DNA of 64,000 nucleotides, taken from positions 3,844,001-3,908,000 of the forward strand of contig OX597829.1 of the NCBI GenBank assembly GCA_951406725.2. Direction: 5' to 3'. Made by a program: the position numbers and the translations under genes. Position 1 is the first letter of the stretch; each line of letters starts with the position of its first letter. This stretch comes from Octopus vulgaris (lineage: Eukaryota). The notes under the pieces are model-generated. The model saw only the letters and a program-made list of their open reading frames with translations. It had not been told where the DNA came from and made no database searches. Shown here piece after piece: positions 1 to 12,450 of this stretch.

Positions 1-97
1 GTTGCTTTTTATACTACAGCCGTATATTCCAGAAAATTAAGGAGAATGACGCCCTCGTCATGTAAAAACAAAGCAAAAAACAAGAAAAGAAAAAAAA

Positions 98-310
98 AAG
101 CTTGCTTTTCAGCCACATGGTTCCGGGTTCAGTGCCATTGCGTGACATCTTGAAGAAGTGTCTTCTATTATAGCCTCAGATCAATCAACGTCTTGTGAGT
201 GGATTTGGTAGACGGAAACTGAAAGAAGCCGATCGTGTGTGTCTTCGTGTCTGTGTTTGTCCCCTACCACCGCTTTACAACTGGTGCTGGTGTATTTATG
301 TCTCCGTAAC
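98..310 (+). mobile_element. Octopus tRNA-derived SINE, family A (partial)
   Basis: ATGGTTCCGGGTTCAGTGCC B-box head and GGATTTGGTAGACGGAAACTGAAAGAAGCC core, shared with the copies at 39951-40350 and 41995-42355. Confidence 0.85.
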
Positions 311-694
311 GGAGCTCACCTTCTGTAGATGTTGGATAGTCAATACCCTTTCTTCATTGCCAACTCTATAATGGTGTGCTGTTTCTGTACGGGTTACTGT
401 GGCAGAAGAGTTACTCTACAAACATGTGTGAATTGAATGACATACGTCTGTTGTAAAAGAGTTGTGCCAACTTTGTATTACTTTTGATAAAACAATCGGA
501 TAACACTACATCAATGTTGGCCGAAACTATTGACATTTCTCGTTCACATGTATAATTAGAAAAAAAAGTGATGATTCGATTTTACACTTTGAGTCGTGAT
601 GGAATTATCCAGCGTTAGTTGTCCCAAATATAGGGGTGATTTAGAGAAATTATAATACGCAATCATTACCGCGCGATAGTATTAACAACAACAG

Positions 695-1140
695 TAATGG
701 TTTCAAATTTTGGCACAAGGCCAGCAAGTTCGGGAAAGGGGGCTTGTCGATTATGTCGACTCCAGTGTTCCACCTGGTACTTATTTTATCGGCCCCATAA
801 GGGTAAAAGACAAAGTCGATTTCGGTGGAATTTGAACTCAGAACAAGGAAAGGGACGAAATGTCGCTAAACATCTTGCCCGGCGTCCTAACGATTCTGCC
901 AGCTCGCTGCCTTAATAATAATAATAATGATGATGATGATGATGATAATTCTTCCACATTTAGACACAAGGCTAGCAATTTTGGGGTGAGAGGATTAGTC
1001 AGTATCATCGATCCCAGTACTTAACCGGTGCTTTATTTTATCGACCCTTGGTAGGGATAAATAGCGAAGTTGACCTCAACTGAGAATGTAGAGCAGCCGG
1101 AAGGCATTTTGTCCGACGCTCTTATGGTTCTGCCAATCCA
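695..1140 (-). mobile_element. Two tandem SINE family B copies
   Basis: Reverse complement of GGCAGCGAGCTGGCAGAATCGTTAG...GAGTTCAAATTCC...GTCGATAAAATAAG, separated by (TAA)/(TGA)n. Confidence 0.8.
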
Positions 1141-2011
1141 CTACCATCGTAATTATAAGTCTAATACGATGCAGACGCGCGCGCACACACACACACTCAC
1201 ATACACACACACACAGGCACACGCACACGTACAGACGCACGCACCGACTCATACAACACACTCTGTGCACGGAATAGACACATGATCTGTAGCAATGAAA
1301 GGAAACAGACACAAAGTTGTAAGAGTGTGCAATTATGTCGGCAAGACGGGGTGAATGAGGCGGAGTGGGGTGGGCGGGCTGACACGGGATTTCAGAGTGG
1401 GGTACTGAAGGCGGCTGAGCGACTCCCGAGAATGCAAAAGAATAACTAAATGCCCTGTTGTCACAGTTGTGAAAGAACAAAAGCAAATTCAACAGCGACG
1501 ACTGTCTCTTCGTTTGGTGTTCGGGAAGACTATGCGGATTGGTGTAGTCATTGTAGGAACTAACCCCGTTTCACCCTGTTTCACCTTACCCGGTTAACTT
1601 GAAGTCTTCGTTCAGATCTCCGACATAGCAATTTCCTATTGCCTCTGCCGTATCTTTACCTCCCGGTAACTTTGTCTCCTGCTGAGTGACATTACACTGG
1701 GATAAAATGAAATCTATCTCAGATTGCCCCTGGGTGGTAGCCGGAAGGTAATTTCATCTTTGCCAATATGATTTCATATTACACAATATTTATTCATCGC
1801 GTTTTATCGCAGTAGTAGCGGCAGTAGAAGTAGTTGTATTAGCAGCAGCAGCAGCAGCAGCATAAAAGTAGATGAAGGCTAACTCAGGGTTGTAAAATAA
1901 AATTGATTTCAGATTGCCAAGATGGTGGGGAGTAACTTGAAATGTAGGTTCACTGGAAGTCAAGAAAAACGAACGTTGCGACGTATAACAGAATTATAGT
2001 AAAGTGGGTTT

Positions 2012-2210
2012 TACTTGTTTCAGTCATTAGACTGCGGTCATGCCGGGGCATTTACCTGGAAGAATTTTCAGTCGAAGGAATCGACTCCAGTATGTATTCC
2101 TTGTTTGAAAATCTGATACATATTCTGTCAGTCTCTTTGCCAAACCGCTAAGTTACAGAGACACAAACACACCAACACTAGATGTTAAGCGGTGATGTAT
2201 GACAAATACA
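2012..2210 (-). mobile_element. SINE family A, 3' half
   Basis: TTTTACTTGTTTCAGTCATT...GCGGTCATGC tail and CCGCTAAGTTAC core. Confidence 0.75.
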
Positions 2211-2247
2211 AGCGCACGCGCATGCCCCCCTCCCCTATATATATATA

Positions 2248-2474
2248 TATTTCTTTACTACCCACAAGGGGCTAAACACAGGGGGAACAAAAAAGGACAA
2301 AGGGTTTAAGTCGATTACATCGACCCCAGTGCCTAACTGGTACTTAATTTATCGACCCCGAAAGGATGAAAGGCAAAGCCGACCTCGGCGGAATTTGAAC
2401 TCGGAACGTAACGGCAGACGAAATACGGCTACGCATTTCGCCCGGCGTGCTAACGTTTCTGCCAGCTCGCCGCC
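2248..2474 (-). mobile_element. SINE family B, near full length
   Basis: Almost identical in reverse to 42450-42665. The ORF track shows the shared translation WYLIYRPRKDERQSRPRRNLNSERNGRRNTA. Confidence 0.9.
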
Positions 2475-2520
<46 letters not shown>

Positions 2521-2694
2521 CAATCCCCCGACTATTGCGGGTGTTACGTTCCAAAACACCCCGCGATAGTTCTGTTTCTACTTCGCCGATTTTCACCTAT
2601 CGCACGCGGTAGTGCAAAACAACGCTACAGAAGAATAGACGTAAGCTTCGATAATAAACCGCGATAGATGAACCGCGGTATGGCGAGGGATTAC

Positions 2695-2749
<55 letters not shown>

Positions 2750-2880
2750 TGTACAGGCCTCTTTCAGTTCCCGTCTACCAAATCTGACAAACCTTTGATC
2801 GGCCCAAGGTGCCACGCATTGAAACTGAACCTGGAAGTATGTGGTTGGGAAGTAAGCTTCTTACCACACACCCACGCTTG
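2750..2880 (-). mobile_element. SINE family A, 5' half
   Basis: CTTTCAGTTCCCGTCTACCAAATC...AAGCTTCTTACCACAC. Confidence 0.75.
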
Positions 2881-3224
2881 CACTCTGTTTTTGAAAACCT
2901 GCATCTATTCAACTGAGTTCGTTCTCGTGAAAAACCACTGGAAGTTTCTTCCAAATTCTAATTATTTAAGTGCAAAAAAGATTTAGAATTTGGGTTTTGG
3001 CCATTAAGTTTTAAGGCGTTATACGGAGGTATATACACACTGGCCTTTATAAAACGTTGTGTTAATACTGGAGTAGTACCACTGCTGTGGGTTTTTAAGG
3101 GCTTTCTCCTGTTTGCTTTTAACGGAAAATTGTTGTTGCAGCAAACTTTATCCTGGCTTTGTTGGCTGTTAATCGCAAGATCTCTTTGCATCTCTAATTT
3201 CATTAATTGTACTGATCCTAAGAA

Positions 3225-4058
3225 CATTTTACCTGACTGCTGGCGATTATTTAAGTATACTTTCTAACATATTTATCCTGCAGAGGCAGGTATATATCAG
3301 AATACTTCAGACTAGAGGTTTTATAACTGTGGCCAGCTTGCTGGCAAAATTCTTAGAAAACCTCTGGGTAATCCTTGGTTTATTGGCCAGCAAACGTGAA
3401 CATGACTCTCTAGAACAGTGCTTTTCAAACTTTTTGCTGGAGCGGAACCCCAAGGAAACATTCCACTGGCTCGAGGAACCCCTGTGTAATGATTTAATTG
3501 TCCTATGCACACATATCTGCACAGGAGAATTAAAAATTACTGTCGATTTTAGCAGTTTTGTAACTTCTTGCGGAACCCTGGTTGAAAACCACTGCTCTAG
3601 ATGTTGACATGTAGTCCACTAATGTCTTCCGGTTAAATTTCAGTTCGGCCATGGTCTCGTATTCCTTTTGAGTGGTCCTAATACCCAACATTTTTGTACT
3701 TTTGTATCAGCATTGTCCTTTCTTTTGTCATCCATGTTAGTGTTCTATTTTCTATGCAGTCAGTGAAAAATGTGTGCATAGGACAATTAAATTATTGCAC
3801 AGGGGTTCCTCGAGCCAGTGAAATATTTTCTTGGGGTTCCGCTCCAGCAAAAAGTTTGAAAAGCACTGATCTAGAGAGTCATGTTCACGTTGCTGGCCAA
3901 TAAACCAAGGATTACCCAGAGGTTTTCTAAGAATTTTGCCAGCAAGCTGGCCACAGTTATAAAACCTCTAGTCTGAAGTATTCTGATATATACCTGCCTC
4001 TGCAGGACAAATATGTTAGAAAGTATACTTAAATAATCGCCAGCAGTCAGGTAAAATG
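3225..4058. repeat. Local inverted duplication (arms 3225-3514 and 3770-4058)
   Basis: Arms of about 290 bp are reverse complements with only scattered differences, separated by a 255-bp spacer. Confidence 0.95.
3416..3594. mobile_element. hAT (Charlie-type) MITE
   Basis: TIRs CAGTGCTTTTCAA.../...TTGAAAACCACTG, with an 8-bp TSD CTCTAGAA/CTCTAGAT matching the NTCTAGAN preference. Same family as 41677-41895 but 40 bp shorter. Confidence 0.85.
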
Positions 4059-4059
4059 G

Positions 4060-4520
4060 TCGTACAATGTGCCATAACAGATCTCTAACTTGATAGTTTG
4101 CACACTTCTAGTTTCCCTACCAATGGCTCGATGGTCCTTAAGAAATGAGAATGAACTGGCTTGACGGACCGTGTTTATGATTCGAAACAGATCTGTTAGG
4201 TAACCATCTGGTTAGTTCGCTGAACTTATGCTGCTTAAAGCTGGATCGAGACCAGCTACATTGAAAGTAGCTATGGTTGACCCCATCGAAATCAATCGAT
4301 TGATTCAAATTTCTCAAAGCTGTATCGAAGCAAAGTTTGTCACCCTGTCTCTGTGGTGTAACGTGTAAAGTGGACGTTGTCGTGGTAGATCGGCCCGGGT
4401 TTGCACAGCTGTCTTTTGCCGATTACTCTGCCAATAGCAAGCGCTAACCTCTTTGCTAGTGCCTTAAAATGGACATTCAGAGGTTATGGGTTGAAAATTA
4501 TTGATAATGTATTTCTTGTT
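4060..4520 (-). mobile_element. Decayed L1/Tx1-like LINE reverse-transcriptase fragment
   Basis: Minus-strand peptides ALAKRLALAIGRVIGKRQ..IYHDNVHF, FDGVNHSY, TVRQ and TIEPLVGKLE appear in the order of RT motifs (KILAK.LA.RL, I.DN, AFD.V.H.Y, VRQG, .EPL). Confidence 0.55.
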
Positions 4521-5699
4521 GGCAATCATTTCATTTCTGTCAATCTCTGGTTCATAGAACTGAAAATTCTATCATTCTGCTACCATTTGCAGCAACATCT
4601 GCCAGGACACCCACCAATAAGTCTGGCACGTACACGTAAATCCTGAAGAGCAGACTATTCTAACCAGACAGTTTTCGCTTTGCAGAAACACACCGCTACT
4701 AAATATAACTAAGCTGATGTTTTTTTGCAATATTTTAGCGCCTTCTGTCAGGACAGCGGAAACGCAAAAATCCATTACTATCTCTTGTCCGTCACCACCG
4801 CTGCTTTTTGAACAAAGTGTGACTGAAATACACGTGAAATCAAGTAGCACACGTCTTATACTAGTCGGTCAAATGGCGAATTATAGCTGTTTCCATATCA
4901 CGCCCCTGACACTTAGGCCCATCGAATTGCTTTCATTCTCCCGTTCCTAAGACCAGTCAGGCGCCATAGTTCTGACAACACGACCTTCGCGTTGAAGAAA
5001 TAGCCAAGGGTCATTCTACCACTAATCGCTTCTAATTTATTAAATATATCCTCGTCCAATCTTTTTTTTTTTCTACCAATACCTGCTTGCTAATAGTTGC
5101 TTGATTCTACATAAATTGCCCAGTTCAGAGTCACCCGCTGTTGCGTATTGACGGCCACTCCCGTCAAATACATACATACCGACTCTTTCTCTGTTGGCAA
5201 GAACTCTTGTAATAAAGCTGAATAATAACATACATACACTCACACATTCTCATATACGCATACATACACCCACATATGCATACAAATACATATACATACA
5301 TACACGCATACATACATACCTACATACATACATGTATGTATGTGTGGGGGTGTATAACTTTAAAATAAACTGTGTATGTATGCGTAGGTATATATAATGT
5401 ATGTACATAGATACATCATATATATGTGAGACATATAAATGCATGTACATGTGTGCGCGCGCATACAATCACATACACACACAAACACACACATTTCTGT
5501 GCTAGCCTTTACTAAATTTCTTGGTTTATAGTCTTAGACCCCTTATAGCCATGGGGTTTACTCCTACAACTGTCATAAATATGTTATCGGAGTAATCTTT
5601 GAAAGTGCTTTGATATTGCTTTCGTCCAGCGGTCTATTGCGCAAATTCTGATCAACGTACAATACGCTTAGTTATTGTCTGTGCAATGCCGTGTTTGAC

Positions 5700-5890
5700 A
5701 GCAAAATGGATACAAAAGAAATTGAGAAATGTTGGGCCAGAGAAATGAAGGGATTGCAGAAGAGAAAACTTGGTACAATACCTAAAATGCTACCTAGAAA
5801 ACCTGCAGAAAAGTACTATCCCGCATTCTGCGAGAATCTTAAAGAATATTCTTGAGGTGTGAGGAGATCTGTTGTCATCAAACCTCAATA
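5700..5890 (+). mobile_element. 3' end of a Dong/R4-like LINE
   Basis: Similar to the 3' end at 9215-9300 (GAAAAGTACTATCC...GAGAATCTTAA...AAACCTCAA), followed by (TAA)n. Confidence 0.5.
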
Positions 5891-5939
5891 TAATGTACTT
5901 TACCTATTAAAGCATGTAATAACTTAATAATAATAATGA

Positions 5940-6386
5940 TCCATTCTACTATAGGCACAAGACCTTAAATTTGTAGGGAGGTGACTAATCGATTGTATCA
6001 CCCCAATATTTCGCTGGTACTCTATCGACTCCGAAAGGATGAGAGAAAGAGCCAACATCGGCGGAATTTGAAATCAGAACGCAGCGACGGGTGAAAAAAC
6101 CGCCAAGCATTTCGCCCGGCATGCTAACGATTCTGCCGTCTCACCGCCTTAAATACAATAATAATAATAATAATAATAATAATGCTTTCTACTCCGAGTA
6201 GAAGGCCTGAAAGTTTATGTGGAGTGGCCAGTCGATTACATTGAACCCAGTACTTAATACATCGACCTCGAAATGATGAAAGGTGAAGTCGACTTCAGCG
6301 GAATTCGAATTCAGAGCGTAAAGACGGACGAAATACTGCCAAGCATTTTGTCCGGCGTGCTAACGATTCTGCCAGTTCGCCGCCTA
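5940..6386 (-). mobile_element. Two tandem SINE family B copies
   Basis: Each ends in GCTAACGATTCTGCC...CGCC; they are separated by (AAT)n. Confidence 0.85.
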
Positions 6387-6414
6387 AAATAAAATAGTAG
6401 TAGTAGTAGTAGTG

Positions 6415-7830
6415 TCTACAATTGCTGACCCCCCCCCCTAGCTTTCTTTGTACTTCTGTATCAGCACTGTCTGTCCTTTTGTCATCTATGTTACTGTTCC
6501 ATTTACACACTAGGCAAAAAAAAAAAATTTTTAAATGTTGTACATTCCTTTGTATACTTGAAAGTTTTTAGAGCCAGAAACCTTGGACACCACAGGGCCT
6601 GGAGGGTGGGGTTGCTTTCCGTTTGGTATTTTCTCGAGCACCTCTTTTACTTTCATATCCGTGATTATTATATTTTTCTTGTGTCGCTCCATCTTCTCTT
6701 TTAAATCCCCGCAACCAGCCCGGCTTTTATATTACCTTGAACTTCTTTGCTGCTTCAGTATCTGACATATTGTTACTCTGGTTCAGTTGTTTATAGCATT
6801 TTCTTTCGATGTTCTTGAGTCTATTCTGCTGGTATTGCTTTGTTCTCTGTTAGTATCCAGGTTTTTTTTTTCATTTCATTTTTTTTTTTTACTTGATATG
6901 GTTTAAATTTTTTTTATTTTTGGACGACCTGCAGTCCTTTATGTTTGACGTACTTTCTTTGTAGTTCGTCCCTGTGCCTTTCGCTTACTCTCTTCTTTTC
7001 TATGATTGCAAATATCCGTCCAAGATCTCCCTTGAGCTGTTCAATTTGGTTCTCATGCCTTTGGTCCTGCTACGGGATTTTGTCCTTTGTTTTTCGTACG
7101 TCTTTTAACCCCAAGAATTTAGGTGTCGTTTAGATCTGTTACATTTTGCACCACTTCGTTTTCCACTTTTGATTCCTCTCAGAACAGGTAGCCTCTTTCT
7201 CTCGTTATTTCGTGTCTCTTTCAGGCGTTATAGTAAGTTCCTTTCTTATTCTGTAACAATTTTTCCTTCCACGAAATAAAATCTGCCTTCGTCTGGGTAG
7301 CTGTTTCTTCTGTGAAGATTTATTGGTTGCTCTACCAATCCCTGATATTGTTCTGCTTCATTTCCTTCGTATTCAGCGTAGTCATGTTCACACTCTTTCA
7401 CTATTGTGGAGATCTCCTTCAGTTCCAATCGGAATAACCACTATCTCATCACGATTAGATTTTTCTAGTCTTTTGTTGTACATGATTTTAGTAGGCTCTT
7501 TTTTTTAATAACATTCCATTGCAGTTTTGTTGTCGTTTTGCGTCGATTTTCTCCTAATCTTAGTAGTACTTGGATAACGACCAGGCCCACCCTGCTGTAC
7601 AGTGGAACACTTACCGTGCAAAAGACATTCACACGGAACACGAAGAAGACTGTAGAGATGAAGTGTCACAGCCACCAGTGTTTTATCGAGACACCGCCTC
7701 TAGGGGGTTGTCAGCCAAGTCTAAAGAGACCCACCTCCCTCTGTGATAGATTTATCTACATGAAAACTTTTGCTGCCGTTTTTATTCTCGAGGCATTCTT
7801 TAATACTACTGCTATCCTAAGTGGTAACAA
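6415..7830 (-). mobile_element. Dong/R4-like non-LTR element, 5' part (5'UTR and N-terminal ORF), inverted
   Basis: Minus-strand peptides RRKSTQNDNKTAMECY, LELKEI, QRTKQYQQNRL, GVQGFWL and MTKGQTVLIQK, ending near SNCRH (NYRP-like). Confidence 0.6.
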
Positions 7831-7849
7831 TGGCGTCATCATCAGCAGT

Positions 7850-9049
7850 TAATAAAGAGATGGGAAGTCAGTAATTATAGAACTATTATGTTTATCTAAT
7901 TGGCCTCACAGTAGATGAAATATGGAATTTTCTGGAAAAGGAGAACTTACTGCCAGCGGAGCAAAAAAGATGCAGAAAGAAGTGAAGGGGAACCGTTGAT
8001 CAGCGTTTTCCAGGGAGACTCACTCACTCCGCTGCTCTTCGGCATTGCGTTAATCCCTCTGATAAGTATACAGAGAAAATCCATCGCCCGCTTTATATGG
8101 ATGACCTCAGACTATATAAAAAGAAATGAGATAGCCCTAGACTCTTTGATCCAAACAGTGAGAGTATTCAGTACAGATATTGAAATGGAGCTTGGAATAA
8201 TAAATAAATGCGTAGTAATGATCATGCCCGAAGGTAAACCCTGATGGCAAAAGTTACCACAGCAGAACATGATTAGATTGCTGTAAAATAATGAGGGATA
8301 CAAATACCTGTAAGGATACTGATAGGATAATGGAAGGAGATATGAGAGAAAATATCTAAAGAGTTCAAGAGAAGAATTACGAAGCTGCTAGAAACGAAAT
8401 TAGACGAAGAAAGGTGGCAGGGGACTACGATATTGGGGTTGAAACATTATGGTGTACGGAGTGAAGAAAGAATACTACTGATAGCTAGAGATGTCTAAAA
8501 TGTAACTGAAACAGTAGGAGAATTGAAGAATAGAGCAAGCAGGTGGAAAGAAAAGGAATTGTATCACTGATTGATGCCACCAACGGAAGATGTTATAAGT
8601 GAAGAACGCTGGCTCTGACTGACCAACCGAAATCTGAAATGAGAGACCACAGCGCTAATCGTAGCTCCTCAGGAACAAACTATTGGGACGAATCTGATAG
8701 AAGCAAAGAATGACAAAACTTAGACATCAAAGGTAGAATTTGCAGGAAAGGGGACGAATTATCAGTCATCTCTTCAATGTGTGCAGTAAGCTAGTATAAA
8801 AACAGTATAAGCGCAGGCATAACTAAGTAGATATATATAAAAACAAGTGCATTGGGATATTAACCGAGTATGTGACTTCAAAGCAACAGTAAAGCGGTGA
8901 GAACACGAACTAGAGGCTGTGACAGAGAATAGATTACTGGATCTTATGGGATTTCCCCATAAAGACCAGACATGATTATAGAGAACAAACTAGTGTGAGA
9001 TCATAGATTTTGCAAATCCCTGTTATAACAGTCGATACCATAGAAACTA

Positions 9050-9086
<37 letters not shown>

Positions 9087-9300
9087 AGGATCTAACCAGA
9101 GTTGAAAGGACTGTAGAAGACTGAAACAGCAATTATTCCTGTGGAAATGGCACGTTTGGCACGGCACCCAAAATGCTACGTAAAAGTTATTGGACATGAG
9201 ATTCGTGTTGTTCACCGCGAAAGTACCATCCTGTGTTCTGTAAGAATCCTAAGGAAAATTCTAGAGATTTGAAGAAATTTGTGGTCAACAAACCTCAAGA
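7850..9300 (+). mobile_element. Dong/R4-like non-LTR element, RT + CCHC + restriction-like endonuclease region (decayed)
   Basis: SNYRT, LLPAEQK, FQGDSLTPLLF, LYMDDL, LDSLIQTVRVFSTDIEMELG, EGYKYL, RETTALIVAPQEQ, QYKRRHN, VHWDI and ILWDFPIKT motifs, with many stops and frameshifts. Confidence 0.8.
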
Positions 9301-9357
9301 CAACTTTCCTGTTGATTAAAATTTGCATGTATTAGGTTGATGATGAGGATAATAATC

Positions 9358-9700
9358 TTTTCTACTCTAGGTACAAGGCCTGATATTTTGGGGGAAGGGA
9401 GTTTGTGGTTTATATCGATTTTTAGTACTCAACTGGTAAATTTTATATTCGCAGAATTTGAACTCAGAGCACAAAGACGGACGAAATGCCACTAAACATT
9501 TTGTCCGGCATGCTAACGATTCTGCTAGCACACTGCAATAATAGTGATGATGATGATGATAATAATACTAATAATAACCAGTCTTCTTATATGCACAAGG
9601 CCGGAAGTAAGAAAGGCAAAGTCCTCTTTGACAGAATTTGAACTCAGAACTTATAAAGGCTGGAAGAAATCGTTTGTCTAGCGCAGAAACGATTCTAATA
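9358..9700 (-). mobile_element. SINE family B fragments (two)
   Basis: GAATTTGAACTCAGA...AACGATTCT cores. Confidence 0.7.
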
Positions 9701-11299
9701 TTAGCCCAAACCTTCCGGTTTTTGAAGAGTGATCACACGATTAAATTTCTCAGTATACAACTGGTATCATACCATATCAACTCATGAAGACTTAATTGAC
9801 CTCGGCGTCGTTTTCAAGAATCATACTTCTTTATTTATCGCGGGAGGAAATAAAACAAGAATACGCTTGTCATCGTTACGAACCTGGGATTTAATAACAG
9901 CAACGTTGAGCAACAAGAAAGCCCCTACACGGCCATTCGACCACCAGGAGATAACAGCTAAATTTATCTCAATTCATTTCCCTATAGTTCCTTCCCTTAA
10001 AGTTTTTCATATACAATGTCTAGCAAAAATTAAATAAAGATGGTCGCGGGTGAATATATTTTTTGATCCGAATTTTTTATCAAGTCGCAATTGATCTGGA
10101 CAGAAACAGTGGCAACAACAACGACAACAACAAATAAGATGGGGAGAAAATTAACTAGAGTAACCGTTGATCCACCGCAGTTGTTGATCGAAGGACTGAT
10201 AGCTGGCTTGTCCAGTCACTCAATCACTCATTCACACGTAGACTAAATGATCAAAGCTCTCACACACCACACAAAAACAGCTGGAAAGCAAAACGAAAGT
10301 GTTGACAGAAAGTTGTTGGCAGTAAAGATATCGTTGATAGTTTTTTTTTTAAAAAAGCCGTTAGAGGTTTTTAGTTTGTTTTATTTGATTTTATTTTTTC
10401 TTCATTCTTGTAATCTAACAACTGTGACATTTATTTGATATTTGCTTCATACAGTTCCTCCTTGGCTCCTCTCTTGGTCTTCCTCTCTATCTTGATTTAA
10501 TTATCTTCAACCCATACATTTTCCTTTTTTCTATCTTCTTTAATACGTCCATAGGTGATTGCGCATGTTTCTTACTCACTTCCACTCCCCCCTTCTCAGT
10601 GAGTACACTCACGGACGCACGTGTTAATGTGTGTGTGTGTGTATGTATGAGCGCGCACACAGAAATATGTGTGTGTCTGTGTGTAAATGATTTTATATTC
10701 ATCATATATATATGTACGTATATATGCACACACATACACACGAATGTGTGTATGTAACTTCAGAAAATTACCTGATGAAATGGATGATGAATAACAATAC
10801 GACTTCGCTATTAAAATGCGTGTTGTGATGTTTTAAACTATCCGTTCATTTTTGTTTACCACACACAAACACACACACGTGTAATATGTGCTGAGCATAT
10901 GTGTATATATGTATAAACAGGCACATATATTTACATATATATATATAGGGAGAGTTTACGAAAAAAAACAAAAGACGAAGACAGGTGGTGTACAAAACAA
11001 ACGCTCAGGAATAGAAAAAGGCTTTTACGTTTCGAGCCTACGCTCTTCCACAGAAACGAACACAGAAAGAAACAAGAAGAGAAATAAATGTATACACACA
11101 CATACACAGGAACACATTGACATATCTATATAGGTAGGTAAGTAGGTGGGTTGCTTAGATAGATTGATTATATATGCATGCACAAGTAGAGACATCATGA
11201 TCAATTTTTGCGGCTGCTCAGTTAACCATCTGAAAACAGATGACAGTCAGTAGAATGTTGTATGGACACAGAACTTGTCTTGATCAACGGAGGTTCAGT

Positions 11300-11603
11300 C
11301 GTCTATAGATGTATGATAAGACTCCGAGTTTCGGATGTCGGGACAAATAAACTGCTCCGACATCTCGCCATTTCGTCAGTTCTGACGTCATGCTGGAGCA
11401 ATTTTCCGCCGCAACGTCCGAAACTTCCATTATCCTTACAGCACTCCAAGGTATTTGTATCCCTCATTTCCGCTTTACCGGTCATTCATTACAGTCTTAT
11501 TATGGAACCGAATAATTGTCACATATTATATTACAGATAAATTCCTCTATGTACATAATATGAAGGTCTCATTCATTCTTTTGTTGTCTTACCATTACTA
11601 TTA

Positions 11604-11605
<2 letters not shown>
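11300..11605 (+). repeat. Palindromic interspersed repeat (same family as 14225-14440)
   Basis: ATAAGACTCCGAGTTTCGGA...TCCGAAACT..GTCTTAT arms. Its tail AGATAAATTCCTCTAT...TCTCATTCATT is the reverse complement of 14235-14290. Confidence 0.7.
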
Positions 11606-11654
<49 letters not shown>

Positions 11655-11669
11655 TCTGTTTACGTATTT

Positions 11670-12450
11670 ATTGACTGATTTCATTCGTTTGCTTGTACCA
11701 CGTTTGTTCAATCGTCTGCGCAGGTTTTGCAGTAACAACCATAACTTTGAGACTGTCTCAACTCATGGCTCGCCACTTCATCCTTCGTGGATATCCCTTT
11801 ACCACTATCCACACCGCCCTTGCCAGAGCACGTTTCGTTATCCGTGCCTCTGCTCTCCCACCCATTTCCCGCTTTCTCTCACCTACCACTCCTCCACCCT
11901 GCCCCACAACTCACCATTCTCCGAGCCTTCCGGTGACTCCAATCCGACCCCTCCATTTCACACATCTTCCCCAACCTACCCCTTCTCTCCTTCAAACGAT
12001 CCCACAACCTACGTGATCTCCTGGTCCAGTTTCTTCCCTAACCCCACCCACCAACCTGATTCGTCCCTCTGTTCCCGCCCACGCTGTCACATTTGCTCCT
12101 ACCTCTCCAACACAAAAATCCTCACAGGCACCCATCATTGTCCCTATCATATCACTGACTCCTTTATCTGACTTCTAGTGACGTCACTTACTGCATCTCC
12201 TGCTCTTTCTGTCCTACATCGGTTAAACTCAACGCCGATTGGCTGCCCGGTTCTTGGGACACCTCCAATATTAAACTCGGCAAACACACTCCGGTATGGT
12301 GCCATTTCCGCTTTACCGGTCATTCATTACAACACTCGTCTGTGTTCGGATTGTTTTTGCACAGCGACCATCCCGCCTTCGCCGTGAGCAAGCATTAATC
12401 TTCTCTCTTCGCTCCTTTGCGCCATATGGGCTCAACTCCCCCTCCCCTCG
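11670..12450 (+). mobile_element. Penelope-like element, C-terminal/GIY-YIG endonuclease region (frameshifted)
   Basis: RLRRFCSNNHNF, MARHFILRGYP, PLTYH, SFKRSHNLRDLLV, CSRPRCHIC, ITDSF, YCISCS..LHR/YIG and HFRFTGHS motifs. Confidence 0.85.
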
